Assembly (NCBI GenBank): GCA_029560465.1
Contig: JAKQKX010000082.1
Location: 4,947-68,946, forward strand
Length of the DNA stretch: 64,000 bases
Source: Candidatus Omnitrophota bacterium
GTDB lineage: Bacteria > Omnitrophota > Gorgyraeia > Zapsychrales > JANLHA01
Direction: 5' to 3'
The translations under genes and the position numbers were made by a program. The notes below the pieces were generated by a model. The model made no database searches, was not told the DNA's origin, and was given only the letters and a program-made list of their open reading frames with translations. Every line of letters begins with the position of its first letter. Within the stretch, counting starts at the first letter, position 1. Positions 26,773 through 36,884 of the stretch are shown here, piece by piece.

Positions 26773-27642
26773 TCAATTCCTGATTTTTTTGAGAAATATA
26801 TCCCCTACCATTGATCCGGAATGTCGGGCGATTACAGGGCACTTTACTTTCAGCAGAAAATAAACCTCTCGACTACAATCGCTTAGGGCTTCATAGTTAC
26901 CCTGGCCTTTGCTGATGATCAAATCTGCCTCCTTAAAATCTTTCAGGAATTCACTCGAGCAGTATTTCAAAATCGTTCCTGGAGCATCGACACCGCTAGA
27001 TATAACTTGAGCAACCTCATTTATCCCACACAAAATTGCATCTTCCATAAGGGCATCATTAATCGTGGGCTTATCCCGAACCACAAAAATAATTTTCCAA
27101 TTGTCGCAAAGTTCCTCAATCAAAACCCGGTCAAAAACAATTTCGCCGGCATTATCCGCTAAATAAAGAACTGTTTTCGCCGTGCCCAAATCCTTCCGGA
27201 AATCCTCATACTCAAAAATTCCTTTCTTTCCTGGAGTAAAATCATCCTGAAATAATTTTTCGATCTCTTCTTCAATATTAAGCGTGCTTTTTGCTGCATA
27301 ATCGATAATATTGCCCGCAATAGCAATCTCAACGGCGGTTAGCAATCGGTCATTTGACTGGGCCACTTTTTCTTTAAGTTTGGGGTAAAGCTTCATGGCC
27401 CGGCGATTACTTTGGTCTTTGATCCCCTTATAGAAATCTTGCTCGCCGAATCTTTTCCTGAAAAGCTGGTGCATCTCCCGCGCCATCTCGGGAGGCGTTA
27501 ACCCCAAAGAAAATTTAGGAATTAATCTAGCCACTTCATCCATTATTTCTTTATGGATAAGTTCATTCCCGGTGAATAATTTTCCCATCTCAAGCGCCTG
27601 TTTAAAAAAGCACGGGATGCATTCTACAAATGTTCTCATCAT
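26773..27642 (-). CDS. DUF89 (ARMT1-like damage-control phosphatase) family protein
   Basis: The N-terminal ECIPCF motif and the overall length fit DUF89. Confidence 0.55.
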   Translation of the reverse strand: MMRTFVECIPCFFKQALEMGKLFTGNELIHKEIMDEVARLIPKFSLGLTPPEMAREMHQLFRKRFGEQDFYKGIKDQSNRRAMKLYPKLKEKVAQSNDRLLTAVEIAIAGNIIDYAAKSTLNIEEEIEKLFQDDFTPGKKGIFEYEDFRKDLGTAKTVLYLADNAGEIVFDRVLIEELCDNWKIIFVVRDKPTINDALMEDAILCGINEVAQVISSGVDAPGTILKYCSSEFLKDFKEADLIISKGQGNYEALSDCSREVYFLLKVKCPVIARHSGSMVGDIFLKKIRN

Positions 27643-27769
27643 TATTCCTTATTTTTAAATAGCCGCAAAGCCAGCTTATTCCTGAACTTCATCTGAAAAA
27701 GCTGATCATTATCTTTCTCCAGCAAATCATCCAATTTCATCACCGATGAAATACGAAACACTATTGTAT

Positions 27770-28198
27770 TTATAAAATTAAGTTAAGAGTTGTTCTGATG
27801 GTTAACGCAACCATAATCATGATTAAAGTTGCTTTCAACATATCTTTTATTCCCAACTCCCGCGTTAAAACCATATATGTGGCAATACATGGAAAATAAA
27901 CCGCCAATATTATTGACCCGATAACAAGTTGTTTTGTCGTCAGGTTAAGCGGGCCTAACATCCCAACGGCGATGTCTTTTCTTAAAAAACCCATGATGAG
28001 CGCAGAAATCGCTTCTTTCGGAAGACCCCATAAACCGGATAATAGGGGTGCAAAAATTATGGCCAAAAATTCGATAATCTTTAAGGTGTAGAAAATATTC
28101 ACGACCAGAACCCCTAATAAAACAAAGGGCAAGGCATGAATATTTTCCCATGGAATTAAAGTCGTCGGGACAGGCATACAAATCATACCCATATACAT
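27770..28198 (-). CDS. Membrane protein, nucleoside-recognition/Gate-domain-like (FeoB C-terminal-like)
   Basis: 142 aa with 4 TM helices. The call rests on pattern similarity only. Confidence 0.35.
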   Translation of the reverse strand: MYMGMICMPVPTTLIPWENIHALPFVLLGVLVVNIFYTLKIIEFLAIIFAPLLSGLWGLPKEAISALIMGFLRKDIAVGMLGPLNLTTKQLVIGSIILAVYFPCIATYMVLTRELGIKDMLKATLIMIMVALTIRTTLNLIL

Positions 28199-28275
28199 TC
28201 CAACCGTGTGTCAAAAGTACCACAGAACGCCGATGCGGCTTATTGGAGGCCCCGATAACGGCTACTTTTATCCCT

Positions 28276-28920
28276 TTACTCCTTTAAAGCGCTAATGACA
28301 ACAAACGAACCCTTGCCATAACCATTTTTTATCGGTTCAATATCTTTAATTTTCCTCAAATCTTTAAAAATAGTCTGATTAAACTCAAATTTTTTAAATC
28401 CCGCATTTTTTAAATAAAACACAACCTCGTCAATGGAATAAAAGGTCGCAAGCTTATAAAATTCGTTTTCATTTTTATGTTTTTGGTAAATTTCCCCAAC
28501 AGGACTATTTTTGTCAATAAATCCGATTACCAAATGGCTGTTTGGTTTCAGGATCCGATATGTTTCCCTAAATGCTTTATTTATATCATCAAAAAAACAA
28601 ATCATTGTGACCATTAAAACAAAATCAAATTGAAAATCATTAAAAGGAAGATATTCTCCACTTGCATCAATAACTTTTATCCCACGCGCTTTTGCTAGCA
28701 TTCTCATTTTAGGAGAAGGCTCAACACCAAAACTAATTCCCAATGGCCCGGCAAAACGGCCGCTTCCTACTCCAACTTCAAGGCCGTTTCCTTGTTGAGG
28801 TAACAGCCCCTTGACAGCCTGAAGCTCTGACTGATAAACCCAATAGTTTTTTTCAAACCAGCCCTCATACTGATCCGCATATTCTTCAAATGGCTGAATT
28901 TTCATTCTGCCGCCCCCCAA
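28276..28920 (-). CDS. Class I SAM-dependent methyltransferase
   Basis: LEVGVGSGRF is motif I. Confidence 0.65.
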   Translation of the reverse strand: MGGGRMKIQPFEEYADQYEGWFEKNYWVYQSELQAVKGLLPQQGNGLEVGVGSGRFAGPLGISFGVEPSPKMRMLAKARGIKVIDASGEYLPFNDFQFDFVLMVTMICFFDDINKAFRETYRILKPNSHLVIGFIDKNSPVGEIYQKHKNENEFYKLATFYSIDEVVFYLKNAGFKKFEFNQTIFKDLRKIKDIEPIKNGYGKGSFVVISALKE

Positions 28921-29006
28921 TTTGTCACGTCAATACTGACAGAACCCGTTTGAGTACCCAGGGGAACAATGCTAATTCCCATAATCGGCATTTTAATTAC
29001 TTCTGT

Positions 29007-29621
29007 TTAACTTTTTTTGACAAATAACAAGGGAAACACAATATCGCTCACGCAACAGGGCAACCAAACAGCTAAAAAAAGAAAAACAAAAACACCTACA
29101 TACATCAGCCAGTTCAACGGGGCCCCGATTGCCATAATCATATGAAACAAGGATGCCCATGTGCTCAACAAAACATGCACGGCATGCGGAAACTTTGTCG
29201 ATGGTCTAAAATAAGCGATCGCGATCCCCAAAATTGCCAACGGATTAACTAACCACCATTTTTCAATGAATCCAATATGTATTTCTCTGTTAGGCATATT
29301 CAACATCACTTCACCTAAGTAAGGAATTATTGAATCACTTATAGTGGCGATGCCCACAGATCCGACATATCCAATGACAAGCAGGACCCCAATAGTACAT
29401 TCTTTTCTCTGATGACTACACATATAAAATTCATACATCGAAGCCGTTACAAGGGCACTTAAAATGACATGCAGGGGATGCAGGACATAAAAAATATTAA
29501 AAGAAATATTTTGAGGAAGTCGTTGCAGGAAGACAACGATGATAATTCCGGTAAAGGCCCCTAAAATGGTAAAAGGCGCATGAATTTTAAGTTCCCGAAA
29601 GATTTGATTAACTTTTTTCAT
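29007..29621 (-). CDS. Hypothetical polytopic membrane protein
   Basis: 204 aa, about 6 TM helices. Confidence 0.4.
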   Translation of the reverse strand: MKKVNQIFRELKIHAPFTILGAFTGIIIVVFLQRLPQNISFNIFYVLHPLHVILSALVTASMYEFYMCSHQRKECTIGVLLVIGYVGSVGIATISDSIIPYLGEVMLNMPNREIHIGFIEKWWLVNPLAILGIAIAYFRPSTKFPHAVHVLLSTWASLFHMIMAIGAPLNWLMYVGVFVFLFLAVWLPCCVSDIVFPLLFVKKS

Positions 29622-29650
29622 TTAATTGTTCCCCTGAACAGTTTTTATAT

Positions 29651-30228
29651 TTAAACAAATATTTTTTCAAAGGCCCTTTTTATTATCTTTCTGTGGACTA
29701 AAAATGGAATATACGGGATACTATTTCGATGGAAAAATTTTGCATCCTTCAGCTCATCGCTTATGCAGATGTTTTCGTTAGAAACCTCGACCGCGTAACC
29801 TATAACGATTATAGATTCATAAATCTTTGTTTTCCGAAGGTAAACGCCTGCCAACCCCTTTATTGTCCCTTTTAGCCCCGTCTCTTCTTTCAATTCCCTC
29901 AAGCAGGCTGACTCTGGACTCTCATTCGATTCAATAAATCCTCCGGGTAAAGCCCATTTATTCTTCCCAGGCTCCCGATTTCTTTTCCCAACCAGGATAG
30001 GATTTTTCCTTCGGTATTTATAACCGCGCAAACGGCAACTGATAAAGGATTTCGATAGTCTATCCAACCACATTTTCGGCAAACTAATTTTTTCCCGTTT
30101 TCAACTATCCCGGGGACTAATTCACCTTTACATAAAGGGCAGAATTTAAAGGTTCGTTTCATTATTAATTTTCCAAATCCCGTTATGCGCATTTTTATTG
30201 TAAATGTTCTTATCAATGTGCCGCGCAT
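29651..30228 (-). pseudogene. NUDIX hydrolase with N-terminal zinc ribbon, interrupted by a frameshift near 30000-30020
   Basis: The N-terminal frame reads CPLCKG..CRKCGW...NPLSVAVCAVINTEGKIL. The downstream frame reads LVGKRNREPGKNKWALPGGFIESNESPESACLRELKEETGL, which is the Nudix box. The two frames overlap. Confidence 0.6.
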
Positions 30229-30292
30229 GAATTTTCTTTATCCCCGCATGTTTTAATTTTCTGAACAAAGTCAAATAATCGATAATTAATTT

Positions 30293-30496
30293 TCAATCAA
30301 TGGCTTGTTTTATCGCTTCTTTGATGACATTTTTTCGGGGCTCCCCAGCTTCTGGGGGAAAATGATACAAATGTTTTGCCAAGGGACAATACACGACCGA
30401 AGGTCCTGTTATATTAATGATTTTACCGTTTGAGACGCTGATAAACGTCCTCAAATACCCAAAGACATGAATATGCTTATTTAAAGAATTCATCAT
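30293..30496 (-). CDS. Hypothetical small protein
   Basis: 67-aa ORF that is co-oriented with, and 5 nt downstream of, the MinD-like gene. Confidence 0.3.
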   Translation of the reverse strand: MMNSLNKHIHVFGYLRTFISVSNGKIINITGPSVVYCPLAKHLYHFPPEAGEPRKNVIKEAIKQAID

Positions 30497-30500
30497 GTCC

Positions 30501-31352
30501 TCAATCCTGGACTTTTTTCCAAATATTTCTTAACTCCTGGCTTAACGTGCCATTCGCGTACTCAACGATGCTTTTCCCTTCAACCATGGCTTCCACAACT
30601 TTTTTATCAAATCCTAACTTACCGATCAAAGGTACTGTTCTTTTCTGGCACATACTCTCGATCTGATCCGTCATAGATAAATTGAGATCGTACTTATTAA
30701 CAATAAGTTTTACCGGCGTTTTAAAATGTTGCGCGACATCCATAACCCTCTCTGCGTCGTGAAGCCCGGAAAGCGTCGGCTCCGTCACGACCACCGCGCA
30801 ATCAACACCCGATAAGGAGGCGATGACCGGACAGCCAATCCCCGGAGGCCCGTCGATAATAACATAATCTAACTGTTGCTGTTCTGCCAATTCTTTAGCC
30901 ACTTGACGTATTTTTGCTACCAATTTTCCGGAATTCTCTTCTGCGATACCAAGCTTGGCATGGATAAACGGGCCATATTGGGTATCTGACAAGAACCATT
31001 CCCCGGATGTATTCTCTTCCATCCTTATAGCATTGCAGGGACAAACACGGCTGCACAAAGCACAGCCCTCGCAAGAAAATTCCTCAATACGATAATTCGA
31101 AGTAATGGCATCATAACGGCACACGGCAAGACATCTCCCGCACCCCTGACAGGCATTTTTATTAATGACAGCTCTTTTCCCGCTTTTAAATTCATGCCGC
31201 TCTTTAATAATGGGGTGGAGTAATAAATGCAAATCTGCTGCGTCAACATCGCAATCGACCATGACTTTTTTATTGACTAAGGCGGCCAGAGACGCCGTGA
31301 CAACTGTCTTTCCGGTCCCCCCTTTCCCGCTGATAACGAGTATTTGTTTCAT
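30501..31352 (-). CDS. MinD/ParA-superfamily P-loop ATPase with inserted 2x[4Fe-4S] ferredoxin domain
   Basis: The Walker A is GKGGTGKT. The inserted segment CQGCGRCLAVC...CEGCALCSRVCP supplies the ferredoxin cysteines. Confidence 0.75.
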   Translation of the reverse strand: MKQILVISGKGGTGKTVVTASLAALVNKKVMVDCDVDAADLHLLLHPIIKERHEFKSGKRAVINKNACQGCGRCLAVCRYDAITSNYRIEEFSCEGCALCSRVCPCNAIRMEENTSGEWFLSDTQYGPFIHAKLGIAEENSGKLVAKIRQVAKELAEQQQLDYVIIDGPPGIGCPVIASLSGVDCAVVVTEPTLSGLHDAERVMDVAQHFKTPVKLIVNKYDLNLSMTDQIESMCQKRTVPLIGKLGFDKKVVEAMVEGKSIVEYANGTLSQELRNIWKKVQD

Positions 31353-31677
31353 CGTATTTCCTGTTCGAAATTTTTAAAAAGCGACAAGTCGTTCCTTTAA
31401 AATATTGTGCCTATTTATTTTTCAAAAAAGAAGCATCCCTCTGCAACCACGCAAATAATAAGTAAATATACAGGGTTTAACTTAATGCCGCTAAAGCAAG
31501 TAAATAAGGATGGAAATCATAAAAATTTCATTTAGCCATTAGATGAACTGCCCGCACAAAAAAATAAGAACTACGACTATAATGGCGCTTAAGAATTCCT
31601 AACGGAATCTTAATTACAATGCGGGAAAAGAATGGCACCCAAAATCCTATATAATCTTATAACTAACACATGTAGCC

Positions 31678-33027
31678 CTACTGTTTGTTTAAGGCATCCT
31701 GCGCTGCCATGATAATCGGATACATCGTTGGCGCGCTTGTTAAATACGGATGAGTCGCTACTTGTAATGTTTCCAATTCCGTTAAAGACATGCGTTTCTG
31801 GATGGCAATGCCGATGACATTAATTAATTGAGCGCAGGAAATCCCGCAGCTAATCTGCCCCCCTAAAATTATCCCCGACTGTTTAGAAAAAATTAATTTG
31901 ACCTTGCCTTGAGAAGCTCCCGGCAGCGAAGCGGGATGTTTATCAACACCATCAACACTTCCGACCATAATTTCAAACCCTTCTTCACGGGCGGTTTTTT
32001 CTGTTAACCCTGCGGAACCTAATACCAAACCGTCAATATATGTGGAATAAATAGCAATCGTCCCTTTGTTTTCCCTGACAACTTTTATCTGATAAAGGTT
32101 AGCGCCCGCGATTCTTGCTTCGGCGGTCGCCGTTGATGCCAGCATAACCGGGATAGCCTTTCGGGTATAAAAGTCTCTTTTACAGGAGCAATCGCCTATC
32201 GCGAAAATGTCTTTGTCGCCTGTGGTCCGCATATATTCATCAACGAGGATACCTTTACACTGCCCTATTTCCAGACCGGCACCTGTCGCTAATTCAACAT
32301 TGGGTTTGGAACCCACGCCCAGGATTATTCCGTCGAAATCCTGTTCTTCCCCGTTCGAAAACCGTACCCGCTCAACTTTATCCACACCAATAATTTCATC
32401 AACTCGTGTATTTGTTAATACCCGAACACCATTCTTTTTTAACTTAATTTCCGCCATCGCAGAAAATTCTTCATCAAAAGAATTAGCCAGCAAATGCGGC
32501 AACATTTCTACGAGGGAAACTTTTATTCCGTTTAATTTAGACAATTCATCGGCGAATTCCACACCGATAAAACCACCTCCGATAACTAAAACATTCTTAC
32601 ATTGTTTTACTTTATTTATAATATTTTTTAAATATCCAAGATCTTTATATATGGAATATACACCTTGCTTCTCAATCCCCTTAATCGGCAAGACAATCGG
32701 TGTTGAGCCGACAGCTAGAATTAATTTTTCATAATAATATTTATCTTGATTGACCGTCTCGACAACTTTATTTTTTCTGTCAATTTTAAGGGCTTTATCT
32801 ACAACAATCTTGACATTATTTTTTTCTAGTGACGCCATCCCCAACTTGTTTTCTTCGGGGTTATTTAAACTCGCGAACATGTAGGGAATCCCGCAAGGGA
32901 TCACTCCGTCGGCAATATCTTTCATCAATAACACGTTTTTGGAAGGATAATATTCTTTAACAGTTAGTGCGCTGACGACCCCCGCCGGCCCTCCGCCGAC
33001 AATAAGAACATCAATTTTGTTTCCCAT
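31678..33027 (-). CDS. FAD-dependent pyridine nucleotide-disulfide oxidoreductase (NADH oxidase/CoA-disulfide reductase-like)
   Basis: VLIVGGGPAGV and VLVIGGGFIGVE are Rossmann motifs. GDC is present. Confidence 0.75.
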   Translation of the reverse strand: MGNKIDVLIVGGGPAGVVSALTVKEYYPSKNVLLMKDIADGVIPCGIPYMFASLNNPEENKLGMASLEKNNVKIVVDKALKIDRKNKVVETVNQDKYYYEKLILAVGSTPIVLPIKGIEKQGVYSIYKDLGYLKNIINKVKQCKNVLVIGGGFIGVEFADELSKLNGIKVSLVEMLPHLLANSFDEEFSAMAEIKLKKNGVRVLTNTRVDEIIGVDKVERVRFSNGEEQDFDGIILGVGSKPNVELATGAGLEIGQCKGILVDEYMRTTGDKDIFAIGDCSCKRDFYTRKAIPVMLASTATAEARIAGANLYQIKVVRENKGTIAIYSTYIDGLVLGSAGLTEKTAREEGFEIMVGSVDGVDKHPASLPGASQGKVKLIFSKQSGIILGGQISCGISCAQLINVIGIAIQKRMSLTELETLQVATHPYLTSAPTMYPIIMAAQDALNKQ

Positions 33028-33055
33028 TGGCTAACCTTTCTTTTTGTTGTTGCCT

Positions 33056-33928
33056 TTAGAGTTTGTAAGTTTGGCAAATATGCTCAAACAGCCGAACAAA
33101 TTTTTCTTTATAGGAAGGATCTTCCTGGACAATCGGAATTCCCGTTGAATACAAAACCGCGATTTTTTTGCTGAAAGGGATCCTCATTAAGATCGGAATC
33201 CCTTCCCTTTCACAGTATTTTTCTACGCCTGAATCGCCCAAGTCCGCCCTATTAATAACGACTCCAAATGGAATTTGTAATTTGCGTAACACTTCAACCG
33301 CCAGGATCAAATCATTCAATCCAAAAGGCGTGGGTTCCGTGACCAGGATGCAATAATCACTTCCTTTGACCGTAGTTATAACAGGACATGAAGTCCCGGG
33401 AGGGGCATCAATAATGACTGTTTTCGTTGGATTAATATGTTGTTTAACCTGCCGAATAAGCGGCGGGGACATGGCTTCTCCGATATTAAGACGGCCGTGA
33501 ATAAATTGGATATCATAGCTCTGCCCGATTCCTATCCGGCCGATCTCCTTATCAACTTCTTTAATAGCCCCTTGCGGACAAAGCAGACGACACGCTCCGC
33601 AGCCATGGCATAAATTTTGGAAAAGTAACCAGTGCCCTTTTTTATCGTCTTTGGCAGGAAATACTGCAAGCGCGTTATAAGCGCATACATCACGGCACTG
33701 GCCACAATAATTACATTTACCCTCATCCACTTCCGGTATGGGGATATAAGCTTTTTTCTCTTCCGAGATGATAGGTTTTAAAAATAAATGAGCGTTGGGC
33801 TCTTCCACATCACAGTCGAGGAATTGAACATCCTTGAGTGAAAGCGCGAAATTCACGGCCACCGTAGTTTTCCCGGTGCCGCCTTTCCCGCTAGCAATGG
33901 AAATAATCATTTTTTTGCCTTTTAACAT
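33056..33928 (-). CDS. MinD/ParA-superfamily P-loop ATPase with inserted 4Fe-4S ferredoxin domain (paralog)
   Basis: The Walker A is GKGGTGKT. The inserted segment CNYCGQCRDVC...CHGCGACRLLCP supplies the ferredoxin cysteines. Confidence 0.75.
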   Translation of the reverse strand: MLKGKKMIISIASGKGGTGKTTVAVNFALSLKDVQFLDCDVEEPNAHLFLKPIISEEKKAYIPIPEVDEGKCNYCGQCRDVCAYNALAVFPAKDDKKGHWLLFQNLCHGCGACRLLCPQGAIKEVDKEIGRIGIGQSYDIQFIHGRLNIGEAMSPPLIRQVKQHINPTKTVIIDAPPGTSCPVITTVKGSDYCILVTEPTPFGLNDLILAVEVLRKLQIPFGVVINRADLGDSGVEKYCEREGIPILMRIPFSKKIAVLYSTGIPIVQEDPSYKEKFVRLFEHICQTYKL

Positions 33929-34142
33929 GTCGAACGATAATTATTTTCTGAATTTAGTTTTGGAATTTTCTATGTTACACAATAACCAAAGTAAAGGTAA
34001 AACGACTTTTGCAAATTCCAATTGCAAGAATTCTTTTCAAAAATAGGCAGGGACTTATTAAGAATAAAAATTTTTTCTTGTTTTTAATCGTAATTAAATA
34101 TTGTTTCTAATTCTTCAGAATCCCTTTATCCAAAATATTTCT

Positions 34143-34310
34143 TTATTCCCTTCGCATTTCAGTACCGCATTTAGGGCATTTCATAGAAGAACATGGCGAT
34201 CCGGCCTGATGGGGGACCTTTGTCCCGCAGCTCAGGCAGATACAGTTACCGCGTGGCCCCGCGCCTTGGCGATTTCCACCCATTCCGCCTTGACCCTGTC
34301 CGTTAGGCAT
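34143..34310 (-). CDS. Small zinc-ribbon protein (55 aa)
   Basis: My translation is MPNGQGQGGMGGNRQGAGPRGNCICLSCGTKVPHQAGSPCSSMKCPKCGTEMRRE, giving CxC..C...C..CPKC. The plus-strand ORF listed over this interval is probably spurious. Confidence 0.45.
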   Translation of the reverse strand: MPNGQGQGGMGGNRQGAGPRGNCICLSCGTKVPHQAGSPCSSMKCPKCGTEMRRE

Positions 34311-34323
34311 TTAAACTCCTCCT

Positions 34324-34497
34324 TTATGTGGGAAGCGATAACGCTTCGCTGGGACATTCATTAACACATGCACAGCATTCTATGCAGGCATCGCTAATAG
34401 ACGCCTTGCTGTTTTCAACTTTTATTGCATCAACAGGACAAATATCCTTGCAGGTGCCGCAACCGTCACATTTATTTATATCCACGTTTACTGCCAT
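34324..34497 (-). CDS. 2x[4Fe-4S] ferredoxin (57 aa)
   Basis: MAVNVDINKCDGCGTCKDICP...CIECCACVNECP gives two CxxCxxCxxxCP motifs. Confidence 0.7.
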   Translation of the reverse strand: MAVNVDINKCDGCGTCKDICPVDAIKVENSKASISDACIECCACVNECPSEALSLPT

Positions 34498-34531
34498 CAC
34501 GACTCCTTGATATTTATTTCTAAAATAATTA

Positions 34532-34966
34532 TTAATTTTTATAATATGAAATGCCTCGATGAAGAAACTGCGACTCAACTCTTCCCGGGTTAAAATATTT
34601 CGCGCAGGATTCCTGCGCTTTTTGTTCGTCAAAATCTTTACAACAATAAACATCAATGGAAATAAAATTCTTCTGGCTCAAGGTATGAATAACTACCGAG
34701 CTTTCAATTAAAGGCACCCATCCGGAAAGGCCGGCCTTATCGGGAAATTTTTTTTCGTCACTGCGAAAAATGCTCGGAGGCGCCTGTTTTTCCATTTTAA
34801 GCTCCTCCACAATAGTGTCGAGAAATCGATAACACAAATCCAAATCGTCGCAGGCACCTGGTTTACAATCATAAAAATCTAAAAGGAGCTCGTAACCAAA
34901 AGCTTTTTCTCTAATTTTGAAACCAGATTCCGCTTCTTTTGTGTCTGGAGTTTTTAATGCTGCCAT
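34532..34966 (-). CDS. S-adenosylmethionine decarboxylase-family (SpeH-like) pyruvoyl proenzyme
   Basis: GYELLLDFYDC is followed by GWVPLIESSVVIHT and IDVYCC, matching small AdoMetDC proenzymes with the cleavage Ser in ESS. Confidence 0.55.
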   Translation of the reverse strand: MAALKTPDTKEAESGFKIREKAFGYELLLDFYDCKPGACDDLDLCYRFLDTIVEELKMEKQAPPSIFRSDEKKFPDKAGLSGWVPLIESSVVIHTLSQKNFISIDVYCCKDFDEQKAQESCAKYFNPGRVESQFLHRGISYYKN

Positions 34967-34983
34967 CTTTTCCCCTTTTTGTG

Positions 34984-35352
34984 TTATCGATTAAACCCGG
35001 ACTTTTTTGCAGCATCGGGTGCATCAGCTTTTTTAAGCTTCCCGTTTTTAAAATTTTCAATTGTTTCAGCAGCGGTCCCTGAAGCGCCAATATAAATATC
35101 AATTCCTGCGGCTTGCAGCGTCTGAAAAGCATTCGGCCCGACGTGCCCGGTCACAACGGCTTTGACGCCTACCGTTGCCATTAACTGCCCTGCCTGAATT
35201 CCCGCGCCACCACTGGCATTAGCGCTCACATTGTCTTTTATCTCAAATTCTAAAGTTTCCGTGTCGACAAACAAAAAATATTTACATCGGCCAAAGCGCG
35301 GATCTACTTTTGAATCAAGATTCCCGCCTTCTGAAGTAACACATATTTTCAT
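34984..35352 (-). CDS. NifB/NifX/NafY-type FeMo-cofactor-binding domain protein
   Basis: MKICVTSEGGNLDSKVDPRFGRCKYFLFVD is followed by GAGIQA and VVTGHVGPNAFQ. Confidence 0.65.
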   Translation of the reverse strand: MKICVTSEGGNLDSKVDPRFGRCKYFLFVDTETLEFEIKDNVSANASGGAGIQAGQLMATVGVKAVVTGHVGPNAFQTLQAAGIDIYIGASGTAAETIENFKNGKLKKADAPDAAKKSGFNR

Positions 35353-35366
35353 AATTCCGGACCTCC

Positions 35367-35765
35367 TTAATGGTCGCACTCCTCTTTATGGGGGTGATCA
35401 CATTCGTCTTTTTCCAGCCCATAACCTTTGCCGGCACCGGGGTTGCAAAGGCTTTCACCGCCTTCTAAGGTGTCTTGTTGAAGTTGATCAATGACAGTAT
35501 CTATCTTCCCACTGATCCCCAGAATCGTTTTAATATTGTATCCATCAAAAAATGATGTTGCCCGCATACCCATGCCCCCGGCGATGATGCAACTTACTCC
35601 TTTTTGATGTAAAAATTCAGGGATAGCGCCCGGTTGGTGCCCCGGATTCGCGACCGGTGTCCTCTTAATAACTTTGCCGTTTTCAACGTCGACAAGAGTA
35701 AAAGAAGGACATCTGCCAAAATGAGCAGACACAAATTCTCCATCTGTAGAAATAGCGACCCGCAT
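35367..35765 (-). CDS. NifB/NifX/NafY-type domain protein (paralog) with a C-terminal Cys/His-rich tail
   Basis: MRVAISTDGEFVSAHFGRCPSFTLVDV is followed by a CIIAGGMG segment. The tail reads ECDHPHKEECDH. Confidence 0.6.
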   Translation of the reverse strand: MRVAISTDGEFVSAHFGRCPSFTLVDVENGKVIKRTPVANPGHQPGAIPEFLHQKGVSCIIAGGMGMRATSFFDGYNIKTILGISGKIDTVIDQLQQDTLEGGESLCNPGAGKGYGLEKDECDHPHKEECDH

Positions 35766-35834
35766 TTAAACTCCTTTTTCAAAATAAACTGGAGAGGGAA
35801 TAAATTTTATTTTTATTCCCCCTCGCGATAACGT

Positions 35835-36227
35835 TTACGCATCCTTCTCTATGTTGGCTTTTTCTAAAGTCTCAATACGAATTTGGATATCCTCAAGTTG
35901 CTTCTTTAAAAAGTCAGCTTGATTCTTTAAGAGATATGCTTCCTGTTTAGGCGTCATCTCAGACGTGTAGGGATATGCTCCGCCAAAAGCCGGCATCTCC
36001 ATTGAGGCTCCTTGCCAACCAGGAAGGCCGGTAGCATAAAACCAATTCCTGCGACCTCTGCCACCGCCGCGGCCCAAAGATCCTCTGCCTTGGCCCAAAG
36101 CACCTCTTCCAGGCAGGGGATTCGTATAACCGGGCATAGAATATCCGGCGCAGAAACCGGCTCCTCTTCCTGTCATCGGGCCTGTCCCCACAGGTCCAGT
36201 ATCATCTCCTCGTGGCATATCAAACAC
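35835..36227 (-). CDS. DUF5320-like Gly/Arg-rich protein
   Basis: MPRGDDTGPVGTGPMTGRGAGFCAGY is a DUF5320-type N-terminus. The C-terminal region is a coiled coil. Confidence 0.5.
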   Translation of the reverse strand: MFDMPRGDDTGPVGTGPMTGRGAGFCAGYSMPGYTNPLPGRGALGQGRGSLGRGGGRGRRNWFYATGLPGWQGASMEMPAFGGAYPYTSEMTPKQEAYLLKNQADFLKKQLEDIQIRIETLEKANIEKDA

Positions 36228-36413
36228 CCCCTTTCGTTTCCCTTCATCAATTTCAGCAGTTGTTGAATTTAATTTAACGACACAATATCCAAGCCCCTTT
36301 CCGCTTAACGATCTTTTTCCAAAGGGGCCTGTCCGTCAAAACCTGGCATGGACATCACCTCCCATTTATAATAATGGAAATCATTCCCATGATTGGCAAA
36401 AAAAATATAAACC

Positions 36414-36884
36414 TTATCTCTTAGCACATATTTTACATAGACCATAAAACTGAATTAGGTGATTAGTTATTTTAAATTCATATTTTTGACAAAGACCTTT
36501 TTCCGTTTCATTAAGCAATTTTACCTCTTCATCAATAAAATCCGTGTAGTCAATAACACGTTTACAACTAGTGCATATCAAATGATGGTGGTGCTGTGCT
36601 CCTTTAGGCCCTTCAGCCAATTCATAACGTGCTCTTTTGTCTCCGAAATCAAACTTGAAAATAAGACCTAAATTAGCCAATACATCTAATGTCCGATAAA
36701 TAGTTGTTAATCCGATGTTGGGGTATTTCGGATGCAGCTTCATGTAAATATCTTCAGCACTCAAATGGCCTTCGGATTTAGATAAAATATCAAGAATCGC
36801 CTCTCGTCCGGAAGTCAGTCGGTATCCACAACCCCTAAATTTTATATTCCACCATCCATGTCTGCGGCAGTTATTTTTTACCAT
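36414..36884 (-). CDS. Fur-family metalloregulator
   Basis: An HTH is followed by HHHHLIC..C and CxxC metal sites. Confidence 0.7.
   Translation of the reverse strand: MVKNNCRRHGWWNIKFRGCGYRLTSGREAILDILSKSEGHLSAEDIYMKLHPKYPNIGLTTIYRTLDVLANLGLIFKFDFGDKRARYELAEGPKGAQHHHHLICTSCKRVIDYTDFIDEEVKLLNETEKGLCQKYEFKITNHLIQFYGLCKICAKR

Noticed and set aside
34101-34364. Plus-strand 87-aa ORF
   Set aside because: A better-supported 55-aa zinc-ribbon ORF lies on the minus strand in the same interval, co-oriented with the operon.
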